DNA from: Pristiophorus japonicus
Lineage: Eukaryota
Assembly (NCBI RefSeq): GCF_044704955.1
Contig: NC_091977.1
Coordinates: forward strand, 333,250,001-333,314,000
Direction of reading: 5' to 3'
Length of the DNA stretch: 64,000 nt
The notes beneath the pieces were generated by a model. The model was not told where the DNA came from and did not search any database. It was given only the letters and a program-made list of their open reading frames with translations. Both the position numbers and the translations under genes were made by a program. Shown here in pieces: positions 36,501-49,084 of this stretch (positions are counted from its first letter, which is position 1; each line of letters opens with the position of its first letter).

Positions 36501-36590
36501 CCCCAGAACTGGTTCCAATGTCCCAGGAATTTGAATCCCTCCCTTCTGCATCACTCCTCAAGTCACGTATTCATCTGAGCTATCCTGTGA
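33539..36590 (-). mobile_element. CR1 LINE (end of ORF1, APE, RT with internal deletions) nested in Gypsy integrase
   Basis: ORFs 35856..36350(-) (ALCLIARSIQNK, IKETWL), 35308..35634, 34852..35154, 34287..34700; TCAT at both junctions. Confidence 0.9.
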
Positions 36591-39500
36591 TCATGAATTC
36601 TTTGAACTCAGCACTGGAAAAACATGGCCCATTGTCGCGCACCAGAACATCGGGTAAGCTGTTTGTGGCAAACATGGCCTGCATGCTTTCAGTAGTGGCA
36701 GCGGACATGCTAGCCGACATTATCTCACATTCAATCCACTACAACCACAAGGAACATTTTACTCAAGAACGGGCCTGCATAGTCGACGTGTACCCTTGAC
36801 CACGGTTTTGAGGGCCAAGACCATAAACTTAGCGGCGCCTCCCTGGGTACATTGCTTAACTGCGAGCATGTATTACATTTGTGAATGCAGGACTCTAAGT
36901 CCGCATTGATACCGGGCCACCACACATGGGATCTGGCTATCGCTTTCATCATTACGATGCCTGGGTAGGTACTGTGGAGGTCATTGATGAAGGTGTCTCT
37001 GCCCTTCTTGAGGACCACTACTCGATTGCCCCACAGAAGGCAGTCTGCCTGGATAGACATTTCATCTTTGCGCCGCTGGAACTGCTTTATCTCTTCCTGC
37101 ATTTCCACTGGGATACTGGACCAGCTCCCATGAAGCACTCAGCTTTTGACTAGAGATAATAAGGGTTCCTGGATTGTCCAGGTTTTGAACTGCTGGGCAG
37201 TGATGGGCGATTGCTTACTCTCAAATGCTTCCATAACCATGGCTAGATCTGTGGCTGCGCCATTTCCTCCCCCGTGGTGGGCAATGGCAACCTACTGAGA
37301 GCATCGGCGCAGTTTCCTGTGCCTGGCCTGTGGTGGATGGCATAGTTGTATGCAGACAGCGTGAGCGCCCATCTCTGGATGCGGTCCGATGCATTGGTAT
37401 TTATCCATTTACTCTCGGAAAACCGGGATTATAAGTGGCTTATGATCAGTTTCCAATTTGAATTTTAGCCCAAACAGGTATTTATGCATTCTCTTTACCC
37501 CATAGACACACGCTAATGCTTCTTTTTCAATCATGCTGTCGGCTCTCTCAGCTTCAGACAGACTCCTGGATGCATAAGCAATCGGTAGCAGTTCCCTAAA
37601 ATCATTAGCTTGTTGCAATACACACCTAATGCCACATGACAACGCATCACATGCTAGTACCAAACGCTTACATTGATCATACAATTTGTTTGAGCATAAC
37701 AATTTTCTCGCTTTTACAAAGGCATTTTCTTGGCTTTTGCCCCAAACCCATTCGCCTCCTTTATCGTAGTAAGACATGTAGTGGTTCTAGCAGTGTGCTG
37801 CGACCCGGTAAGAAGTTATCAAAGTAATTCAAGAGTCCCAGAAACGACTGCAGCTCCGTCACATTCTGTGGCCTCGGTGCATACTCGATTTCCTCCGTCT
37901 TCGTGTTGGTGGGTCTGATGCCGTCCGCCACAATCCTCCTTCCCAAGAGCTCCACTTCAGGTGCCAGGAAAATACACTTCGAGCATTTTAACCTGAGCCC
38001 CAGGCAGTTGAGTCGACTAAGAACCTCCTCCAGGTTCTGCAGGTGCTTGACTGTGTTTCGGCCTGTGACCAAGATGTCATCCTGGAAGACCACAATGTGC
38101 GGGACCGACTTCACTAAACTTTCCATGTTTCTCTGGAATATCGCTGCCGCTGATCGGATTCCAAATGGACATCTGTTATAAACAAAGAGACCTTTGTGCG
38201 TGTTGATACAGGTGAGGGCCTTCGATGATTCCTCCAGTTCCTGCGTCATGTAGGCTGAAGTCAGATTCAGCTTCGTGAACGTCTTTCCTCCCGCCAGCGT
38301 TGCAAAGAGGTCGTCGGCTTTTGGTAGTGGGTATTGGTCCTGCAGGGAGAAACGATTGAAAGTTACTTTGTAATCGCCACAGATTCTGACAGTGCCATCT
38401 CCCTTGAGGACTGGGACAATAGGACTGGCCCACTCGCTGAACTCGATTGGTAAAATGATGCCCTCTTGTTGCAGCCAGTCTCGCTCGATCTCTACCCTTT
38501 CTCTCATCATGTACGGTGCTTCTCTCGCCTTGTGATGGATGGGTTGCGCCCCCGGAATTCGGTGGATCTGCACTTTTGCTCCTTGGAATTTCCTAATGCC
38601 TGGTTCGAACAGCGAAGGAAATTTGTTTAAGACCTGGGCACACGAAGTGTCGTCAGCGGGTGATAGCGCTCGGATGTCGCCCCAATTCCAGCATATCTTT
38701 CCCAGCCAGCTCCTGCCGAGCAGCATGGGACCATCGCCCGGTACCACCCAGAGTGGTAGCTTGTGCACTGCTCCATCATAGGAGACCTTTGCGGTAGCAC
38801 TGCCGTGTAAGTTCTTAGTTTCGTGAGAACTGGAGTTAGGACTGGCCTTGAGGTTTGTTGCACCAGAACTTTTTGAAAGTCTTTTTGCCGATGATGGACT
38901 GGCTTCATTGACACCGGGAGTCCACTTAGTTCAACATTCAGCTTTATCGGGGGACAGTTCGTGGTGAATGTGTGCACCCCATGTACCTCTGCCTCCTCGG
39001 TCTGAGGCTCTGGTTCATTGTGATCCTCCATGGATCTGTCCTCCTCTGCAACATAGTGGTTTGCAGGTTTACCAGGCTTTGCAGCTTGCCTGCACACTCG
39101 TTGGAGGTGTCCCATTGTTCCACAGCCCTTGCAAATGTACTCTTTGAATCAGCATGAATGGAAACAATGATCACCCCCGCAGCGCAAACAAGGTGTTAAT
39201 GGCCTTGCATTCATCTGCCTTGATGGTGGACCCTGAGTCATCTGCGGACATGCTGCTGAAGGTATGTGTGACCTGCCCTGCATGTTACGATTTGAAAACA
39301 ACATCACTTTGTTCACAGTACTTGTAGCAGCACTTGTGTGCTGAGAGATTTGCTTCGTATTGTCACTGGTAGCAATGAACGCCTGGGCTATCGCTATGGC
39401 CTTACTCAAGGTTGGGGTCTTTGCAGTCAAAAGTTTGCGAAGTATGGTTTCGTGGCCAATGCCAAGTACGAAAAAGTCTCTGAGCATGTGCTCCAAATGT

Positions 39501-39735
39501 CCTTCAAATTCGCAATGTCCTGCAAGGCGTCTCAGCTCGGCGACATAACTCGCTACTTCCTGGCCTTCAGCCCTTTTGTAGGTGTAGAATCGGTACCTCG
39601 CCATCAGAACGCTTTCCTTTGGGTTCAAATGCTCTCGGACCAGTTTGCACCAATCGTTGTACGATTTCTCCGTGGGTTTCGCTGGAGAGAGCAGATTCTT
39701 CATGAGGCCATACGTTGGTGCCCCACAGATGGTGA

Positions 39736-41099
39736 AACATAGAAACATAGAAACATAGAAAATAGGTGCAGGAGCAGGCCATTCAGCCCTTCTAGCCTTC
39801 ACCGCCATTTAATGAGTTCATGGCTGAACATGAAACTTCAGTACCCCCTTCCTGCTTTCTCGCCATAACCCTTGATCCCCCGAGTAGTAAGGACTTCATC
39901 TAACTCCCTTTTGAATATATTTAGTGAATTGGCCTCAACTACTTTCTGTGGTAGAGAATTCCACAGGTTCACCACTCTCTGGGTGAAGAAGTTTCTCCTC
40001 ATCTCGGTCCTAAATGGCTTACCCCTTATCCTCAGACTATGACCCCTGATTCTGGACTTCCCCAACATTGGGAACATTCTTTCTGCATCTAACCTGTCTA
40101 AACCCGTCAGAATTTTAAACGTTTCTATGAGGTCCCCTCTCATTCTTCTGAACTCCAGTGAATACAAGCCCAGTTGATCCAATCTTTCTTGATAGGTCAG
40201 TCCCGCCATCCCAGGAATCAGTCTGGTGAACCTTCGCTGCACTCCCTCAATAGCAAGAATGTCCTTCCTCAAGTTAGGAGACCAAAACTGTACACAATAC
40301 TCCAGGTGTGGCCTCACCAAGGCCCTGTACAACTGTAGCAACACCTCCCTGCCCCTGTATTCAAATCCCCTCGCTATGAAGGCCAACATGCCATTTGCTT
40401 TCTTAACCGCCTGCTGTACCTGCATGCTAACCTTCAATGACTGATGTACCATGACACCCAGGTCTCGTTGCACCTTCCCTTTTCCTAATCTGTCACCATT
40501 CAGATAATAGTCTGTCTCTCTGTTTTTACCACCAAAGTGGATAACCTCACATTTATCCACATTATACTTCATCTGCCATGCATTTGCCCACTCACCTAAC
40601 TTATCCAAGTCACTCTGCAGCCTAATAGCATCCTCCTCGCAGCTCACACTGCCACCCAACTTAGTATCATCCGCAAATTTGGAGATACTACATTTAATCC
40701 CCTCGTCTAAATCATTAATGTACAATGTAAACAGCTGGGGCCCCAGCACAGAACCTTGCGGCACTCCACTAGTCACTGCCTGCCATTCTGAAAAGTACCC
40801 GTTTACTCCTACTCTTTGCTTCCTGTCTGACAACCAGTTCTCAATCCACGTCAGCACACTACCCCCAATCCCATGTGCTTTAACTTTGCACATTAATCTC
40901 TTGTGTGGGACCTTGTCGAAAGCCTTCTGAAAGTCCAAATATACCACATCAACTGGTTCTCCTTTGTCCACTTTACTGGAAACATCCTCAAAAAAGTCCA
41001 GAAGATTTGTCAAGCATGATTTCCCTTTCACAAATCCATGCTGACTTGGACCTATCATGTCACCATTTTCCAGATGCACTGCTATGACATCCTTAATAA
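39736..41099 (-). mobile_element. Young 5'-truncated CR1 with uninterrupted RT reading frame, nested in Gypsy gag
   Basis: ORF 39838..41142(-), 434 aa: [28 protein letters not shown] to the natural stop; repeated AGAAACAT tail; GTGA at 39732..39735 and 41100..41103. Confidence 0.93.
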
Positions 41100-41699
41100 G
41101 TGAGGAGGATTGCCCTTCATTTGGCAGTGTTCTCTTCCCCATTTAGTTCATTGGCCATGAAGTATTGGTCGAGTCGCTGCACGAAAGTTTCCCAATCATC
41201 TCCCTCCGAGAATTTCTCCAGGATGCCCACTGTTCTCTGCATCTTTGGGTTAACTATCTGTATCTCATTGGCAGTTGTTGTGAATGGAGAAAGAGTCAGA
41301 CTGAGCACTGTGAGCTCAAAGTAAAGTGTGACCGTAATCTCCAGTTCTCCATTCACAACAACTGCCAATGAGATACAGATAGTTAACCCAACGATGCAGA
41401 GAACAGTGGGCATCCTGGAGAAATTCTCGGAGGGAGATGATTGGGAAACTTTTGTGCAGCGACTCGACCAATACTTCGTGGCCAATGAACTAGATGGGGA
41501 AGAGAACACTACCAAATGAAGGGCAATCCTCCTCACCATCTGTGGGGCACCAACGTATGGCCTCATGAAGGGATTATGGGATCCCTTGGGACTCCAGGGG
41601 ATGAGCCCTCTGGTGGCTGTACAGAGTAAATACAAGTTCACATATATAACGCAAACCATCAAGCCAACTCCGTTGGTACTTTCAGTCATTGTTCTGTCG

Positions 41700-44600
41700 T
41701 AGGAACGGAGGAGGCCATTCAGCTTTTTGAGCTAGCTCCGCCTTTTAATGAGATAATGGTTGATCTGTATCTGAACTTCATCTAGCCGTCTGGGCTCGAA
41801 ATCCTTTTATACTCTTGGCTAGCAAAAATGTATCGATCTCGGATTAAAGATTGTTAATTGAGCTAGTAGCTACCTCTTTTTGTGGGAGAGAGTTCCACAC
41901 CTCTGCCATCCTTTGCATGAAGAGATGTTTTCTTACTTCTCTCCTGAATGGCCTGGCTCTGATTTAAAGGTCCCAGACTCTCCATCGACCCGCCCCTCCC
42001 CCCAGCCCCCAGCAAAAGGTTCTCCTACATTATCAGTTCCTTTCAAGATCCTAAAAACTTCTATTAAATCACCCCTTAACCTAATATATTCCAGAGAATA
42101 CAAGCCTAGTTTATGTAATCGCTCCTCATAATCCAACCCTTGGAACCCTGGCAACATTCTCGTGAATCTGGGCTGTACTTCTTCCAAGGCCAATATATCC
42201 TTTCTAAGGTGAAATGCCCAGAACTGTACACAGTACTCCAGATGTTTCTAACTAGGGCTGTTTAGCTGTAGCAAAACATCCTCCCCTTTATATTGTAGCC
42301 CTCTAATTATAAAGGTTAACATTTCATAGCTGTTACGTCTCAAATAAAGCAATGTGACTGAGTACTGTAGACTTGACTAAGTGTGATCTTAGTCTCTTTA
42401 TTCTGACTCCAGAATGCTGGCACAGCATGGGTGGCCTGCTTATATGCAGTGCTCCCAAGGGATGCTGGGATCCCTTGGAATTCCAAATGATGTGCCCTCT
42501 GATGGCAGTAGAATGCTGGTTACAAAGTGTTGCATACATATCACTCCCCCCCAAAGTCAATAGTACATTTATTTACAGGATGAGACGATCTGGGGCTTTC
42601 CGCTCCCTAGTCGATCGTGTCGGTACAAACACAGGTGCAGGTGAGTTGGTTGAGCCTTCGCTGGGCTGCTGCACAGCCGGCCTTGCACGGCTGCTGAGGA
42701 TGATGAGTTCAACTTCGTGGTCAACCGTGATGTCGGTTGCCACTTGTGTGTGTATCGGAGGGTCGAAGTTGGTGATGTCCTCTTCAGATTGCTCATGGCT
42801 GCCTGTGAATCACAGTTTGGTTAGGTCCAAATGCATTCTGCAAGTTAGTCCATTTGCAAGTTTGACATTAAACACCCTACTCCCTTCTTTGGCTACGACA
42901 GTGCCAGCAAGTCATTTGGGACCATATCTATAGCTGAGTAAAATACAGGGTCATTGACTTCAATATCGTGTGACAAATTTGCGCGGTCATGATACATGCT
43001 TTGTTGATGCCGCCTGCCCTCGACATGATCATGGGGATCAGGGTGGACTAGAGAGAGCCTTGTTTTGAGTGCCCTTTTCATGAGCAGCTCGGCTGGGGGA
43101 ACCCCGGTGAGCGAGTGGGGTCTTGTGCGGTAGCTGATCAGATTTCAGGACAGGCGGGTCTGCAGGGAGCCTTCCGACACGCGTTTCAAGCTTTACTTGA
43201 TGCTTTGGACTGCTCGTTCTGCCTGGCCGTTAGATGCGGGCTTGAACGGGGCAGATGTGATGGACTTGATCCCATTGCGGGTCATGAATTACTTGAATTC
43301 AGCGCTCATGAAGCACGGCCCATTGTCGCTGACAAGGACATCAGGCAGGCCGTGCGTGACAAACATGGCTCATAGGCTTTTGATGGTGGCAGTGGACATG
43401 CTTACAGACATTATTACACACTCAATCCATTTTGAATAAGCACCCACAAAAACCAAAAATATTTTGCCTAGAAACGGGCCAGCGAAGTCAACGTGGATCC
43501 TGGACCACGGTTTGGAGGGCCATGACCACAAACTTAGCGGTAACTCCCTGGGTGCATTGCTCGGTTGAGAGCAAGTGTTGCATTGCCGCATGCAAGACCC
43601 CAAGTCTGAGTCGATGCCGGGCCATCACACATGGGATCTGGCTATAGCTTTCATCATTAATATGCCTGGGTGGGTACTGTGTAGGTCGCGTATGAACGTT
43701 TCCCTGCCTTTCTTAGGCAAAATCACGCGATTACCTCACAAAAGACAGTCCGCCTGTATGGACATTTCGACTTTGCGGCGCTGGGACGGCTTGATCTCTT
43801 CATGCATCATCGCTGGGACACTGGACCAGCTCCAATGGAGGACACAGTTTTTTTTACAAAGGACAGTAAAGGATCCTGGCTGGTCCAGGTCCTGATCTGG
43901 CGGGCTGTAACGGGTGACTTTTCGTTTTCAAATGCATCCATCACCAAGAGCAAGTCTGCAGGCTGTGCCATTTCTACCCCGGTGGTGTGCAATGGTAGCC
44001 GACTGAGAGCATCAGCGCAGTTCTCTATGCCTGGCCTGTGGCAAATTACATAGTTATATGCAGACAGCATGAGTGCCCATCTTTGGATGTGAGCAGAGGC
44101 ATTGGTATTACTACCTTTGCTCTCTGTGAGTAGCGATATGGGCGGCTTATGGTCAGTTTCTAACTTGAACTTAAGCCCAAACAGATACTGGTGCATTTTT
44201 TTCACCCCATAAATGCATGCCAGAGCTTCTTTTTCAATAATGCTGTTGGCCCTTTTGGCCTTAGACAAACTCCTGGATGCATAAACGACTGGTTGCAATG
44301 TTCCCGATTCATTTGCTTGTTGTAACACAGACCCGACCCCGTATGAAGACGCATCGCAAGCTAGCACTAAACGTTAACATGGGTCATACAGAACAAGCAG
44401 TTTGTTTGATCATAACAGATTTCTAACTTTCTCAAAAGCAGCCTCTTGTGATTTCCCCCATACCCAGTCATCTCCCTTGCATAGCAACACATGTAGAGGT
44501 TCTAGCAAGGTGCTTAACCCGGGTAAGAAATTACCAAAATAATTGAGGTGTCCCAGGAACGACCGCAGCTCCGTCATGTTTTGTGGTCTCGGCGCGTTCT

Positions 44601-47600
44601 TGATGGCCTCCTTCTTGGCGTCGGTGGGTCTGATGCCATCTGCCACGATTCTTCTCCCTAAGAACTCAACCTCTGGCGCCAGGAAAACACACTTCGAGCA
44701 TTTCAACCTGAGTCCCACACGATCTAGCTGACTTAGAACCTCTTCCAGGTTCTGCAAGTGTTCGATGGTGTCCCGACCTGTGACCAATATGTCGTCCTGG
44801 AAAACCACAGTGCGCGGAACCAACTTTAGCAGACTCTCCATGTTCCTTTGAAAAACAGCCTCAGCCGATCAAATCCCAAACAGGCATCTATTGTAGATGA
44901 ACAGACCTTTGTGTGTGTTGATGCAGGTGAGGCCTTTCGAAGATTCCTCCAGCACCTGCGTCATGTAGGCCGAGGTCAGGTCCAACTTGGCGAACGCCTT
45001 TCCTCCAGCCAGCGTCGCAAATAAGTCATCTGCCTTGGGTAGCGGGTACTGGTCCTGCAGCGAAAAATGGTTAATCGTTACTTTATAGTCCCCACAATTT
45101 CTGACCATGCCATTGCCCTTGAGAACCGGAACAATCGGACTGGCCCACTCGTTGAACTCCACCGGCGCGATGATGCTCTCTCATTGCAGCCTGTCCAGCT
45201 CGATCTCCACTTTCTCTCACATCATGTATGCCACCGCCCGTGCCTTTTGGTGGATGGGTCATGTACCGGGATTCAAGTGGATCTGCACCTTCGCCCCAGA
45301 GAAATTTCTCAAACAACGATGGGAACTTGCTCAAAACTTGCTCAAAACCTGGGCACATGAGGCGCCGTCGACGGACGAAAGCGCTTGGAAGTCGCCCCAG
45401 TTCCAGCAGATTTTTCCCAGCCAGCTTCTGCTGAACAGTGTGGGGCCATCTCCTGGTTCAATCCATAATTGTAATTCATACACCGCTCCATCATAGGAGA
45501 CTTTTACTGCTGCACTGCCAATTACAGGAATCAGCTCTTTAGTTTAAGTTCTCAGTTTGGTATGAATAGGGCTCAGCTTGGGCCTTTGTGCTTTGTTGCA
45601 CCACAGCCTCTCGAAGGCCTTTTTGCTCCTGATAGACTGACTCGCACCCGTGTCCAATCCCATGGATACTGGAATTCCGTTCAGTTCAACTTTTAACATG
45701 ACCGGTGGACATTTCGTGGTGAAGGTGTGTACCCCGTAAATTTCTGCCTCCTCGGTTCGAGTCTCGAGTTTGATCCGCCATGGATCGGTTTCCCTCTGCA
45801 ACATGGTGGTTTGCAGGGTTTGCAGCTCGTCTGCACATTCGCTGGAGGTGTCCCATTGTTTCACAGCCTTTGCACGCATAGTGTTTGAAGCGGCATTGAT
45901 GGGTTCGATGATCACCTCCGCAGCTCCAACAAGGTGTTAGTTGCCTCACATTCACACTTGATGGCGCACTCTGAATCATCTGAGGTTGTGCAGCTGCAGG
46001 TGTGTACATTCTGCCATATGCATTCCTGCCTGAAAACGATGTTACTTTGTGCACAGTATTTGCCGATGCATCTTTATGCTGCGAAATTTGTTTGGTGTTA
46101 TCGCTGGTGGACATAGATGCCTGGGCTATCGTTACGGCTTTGCTCAGATTCGGTGTTTCAACAGTCAATAGTTTGTGAAGGATAACCTCATGGCCAATGC
46201 CAAGCACAAAATAGTCTCTTAGCATTTCCTCCAGGAATCCACCGAATTCGCAATGTCCTGCAAGGCGCCTTAAGTTCAATGACGTAGCTCACCAGTTCCT
46301 GGCCTACAGACCGTTGACATGTATAAAATCGATACTTTGCCATCAGAACGCTTTTCTTCGGATTTAGGTGCTCCTGGACCAGCGTACACAATTCTTCATA
46401 TGATTTGATTGTTGGTTTCACCGGAGCAAGAAGATTCTTCATGAGGCCATAGGTTGTTGCCCCACAGACAGTAATGAGGATCGCCCTTTGTTTGGCAGCG
46501 TTCTCATTCCTTTCCAGCTCATTGGCCACGAAGTATTGGTCGAGTCGCTCCATGAAGGCTTCCCAACTGTCACCTTCTGAGAATTTCTACAGAATACCAA
46601 CAGTTCTCTGCATTTTCGCATGATGGTTCATTATCTATTACACGTCGCCAGTTGTTATGTCTCAAATAAGGCAATGTGACTGAGTACTGTAGACTTGAGT
46701 AAGTGTAACCTTAGTCTCTTTATTCTGACTCCAGAGTGCTGGCACAGCATGGGAGGCCTGCTTATATGCAGTGCTGCCAAGGGATGCTGGGATCCCTTGG
46801 GATTCCAACAGATGCGCCCTCTCGTGGCGGTAGAATGCTGGTTACAAGGTGTTGCATACATAACAATAACCTTTTAGATTATTTTTTGTACCTGACCATT
46901 ACATTTTAGTGATTTGAATACATGGACTCCTAATTCTCTTTGGACCTCTACCATTCCTAGCTTTTCACCATTTTTAATAATACTCGGATTTATCTTTTTT
47001 TAGTCCAAAAGAAATGATCTCACACTTAGCTATGTTGAAATCCATTTGCAACAGTTTTGCCCACTCACTTAATCTACCATTGTCTCTTTGTAATATTATG
47101 CTCCCGTCTACTCTACTTACTATACCCCCAATCTTTGTGTCATCAGCAAACTTGGATATATGGCTCCGTATTGTGTTATCTAAGTCATTCATAAATATAG
47201 TGAATAGTTGAGGCTCCAGCACAGAACCTTGTGGGACCATCAGTCACTTCCTTCCAATTTGACTACATATCCATTATCCCTACTCCCTGTCTTCTATCAC
47301 CTAACCAATCACCTAACCAGGTCAATAATTTACCTTCAATTACAGGCGCTTTAATTTTAGCTAATAGTGTCTTATGTGGAACCCTATTGAACCCTTCTGG
47401 AAGTCCATATAAATGACATCCATAGACATTGCCCTGTCTACTACCCGAGTTACTTCTTCAAAACATTCAATTAGTTTTGTTAGGCATGATCTACACTTTA
47501 CAAATCCATGTTGGGTCTCTCTAATCAGTTCAAATTTTTCCAATTGCTCAGTCTCTCTGTGCTTAATTATAGATTCCAATCACAGGTCTATAATTTCCTG

Positions 47601-47800
47601 GTTTCTCTCCCTCAGCTTTCTTAGATATTGGATTTGCATTAGCAATTTTCCAATTTAAAGGGACAATTCCTGAATCGAGAGAACTTTGGAAGATTATGGC
47701 TAAAGCTGCAATTTCCTCACCTACTTCCTTTAAAACCCATCAGGCCTGAGGATTTGTGCACCTTTAGTGTGATTATTTTTTTCTAATATATTTTCCTGCT
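41700..47800 (-). mobile_element. Old CR1 split by the Gypsy at 42331..46865 (pieces ~41700..42330 and ~46866..47800)
   Basis: ORFs 41933..42193(-), 46974..47240(-) (KFADDTKIGG) and 47361..47579(-) are collinear CR1 RT pieces. Confidence 0.75.
42331..46865 (-). mobile_element. Gypsy (Mag-type) element of a second family, both LTRs present (42331..42543, 46653..46865), degenerate
   Basis: Paired LTRs TGTTA..CA; primer-binding site (PBS) TGGCGACG; gag 46188..46553(-), protease LDTGA, RT, RNase H, integrase in Gypsy order; flanks ATAGC/ATAAC. Confidence 0.93.
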
Positions 47801-47804
47801 GATA

Positions 47805-48625
47805 GAATCATAGAATCATACAATAGTACAGCACATCAAGTCTTTCAAAGAGCAATCCAGTTAGTCCGAATCCCCCTGCTCCTTCCCCATATCCTTATAA
47901 TTTTTTCTCCTTCAAGTATTTATCCAATTCCCTTTTGAAGGCTACTATTTGATACAATTGAATTTGTTTCCACCGCCATATCAGGCAATGCATTTGAAAT
48001 CCTAACCACTCATGTAAAAAAGTTTTCCCTTATGTCGCCTCTGATTCTTATGCCAATCATCTTAAATCTGTGTCCTCTCATTATCGACCCTTCAGCCAGT
48101 GGGAACAGTTTCTCTTTATTTACTCTATCTAAATCCTTCATGATTTTAAACACCTCAATCAAATCTCCTCTTAGTCTTCTCTGCTTCAAGGAGAACAATC
48201 CCATCTTCTCTAGTCTATCCACATAACAGTATTCCCTCATCCCTGGAATCATTCTAGTAAATCTCTTCTGTACCCTCTTCAACGCATTCACGTCCCTCCT
48301 AAAGTGTGGTGCCCAGAATTGGACACAATACTCCAGCTGGGGCCGAACTAATGCTTTATTTCAGTTTAGCCTAACTTCCTGGCTTTGGTATCCTATGCCT
48401 CTATTTATAAAGCCCAGGATCCCACATGCTTTATTAACTGCTTTGGTAACCTGTCCTGCCACTTTCAAAGATCTGTGCACAAGCACTCCTAGGTCTTATG
48501 TTCTTGCACTCCCTTTCAAATTGTACTATTTATTGTGTATGGTTTCTCCTCATTCCTACCAAAACATATCACTTTACATTTTTATGCATTGAATTTCATC
48601 TGCCCATTCAACCAGCCTATCTATA
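47805..48625 (-). mobile_element. CR1 3' fragment
   Basis: ORF 48010..48291(-) VQKRFTRMIPG..RRLRGDLIEVFK; (atagaatc)n tail. Confidence 0.85.
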
Positions 48626-48634
48626 TTATATTTA

Positions 48635-48736
48635 ATAAAAACAGAAAATGTTGGAAATACTCAGCAGGTCAGGCAGCATCTGTGGAGAGAGAAACAGAGT
48701 TAACGTTTTAGGTTGATGACCTTTCATTAGAACTCT
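48635..48736 (-). mobile_element. Second Penelope-type hammerhead-bearing fragment
   Basis: Closely similar to 17373..17470; minus strand AGAGTT-CTAATGA-A-AGGTC-ATC-AACCT-AAAAC-GTT-AACTCT. Confidence 0.7.
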
Positions 48737-49084
48737 ACCTATTAGTGAGATTGATCCTTTATTATCCTTTATTATCATTTATCTCTATCTACATGGATGC
48801 TATTTCTGTCTTGCCAACTGGATTTAAATCCTCCCTTTCCAAATTCCTCTCCAGCTGCCTCAAGATATTCCTTACTTTGGCACCCGGTAGGCATCACACC
48901 CTGTGGTTTTCTCGTTCTTGGCTGCAGAGGACGCTATATATTCCCCTAATTATAGAATCCCCCATCACTACTACATAGCAGGGAAGTGGAGCTGAGTCCA
49001 TGATCAGACCAGCCATGATCTTACTGAATGGCAGAGCAGGTTCCAGGGACCATATGACCTACTCCTGCTCCAATTTCTTATGCA

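Larger units (their letters stand above)
32552..41651 (-). mobile_element. Gypsy (Mag-type) element, same family as 10747..15924; 3' LTR 32552..32761; rearranged 5' LTR ~41277..41651; two nested CR1s
   Basis: gag (FSEGDDWETFVQRLDQYF), RT ORF 37761..38768(-), RNase H and integrase pieces; flanks TAAAC/CAAAC. Confidence 0.93.
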
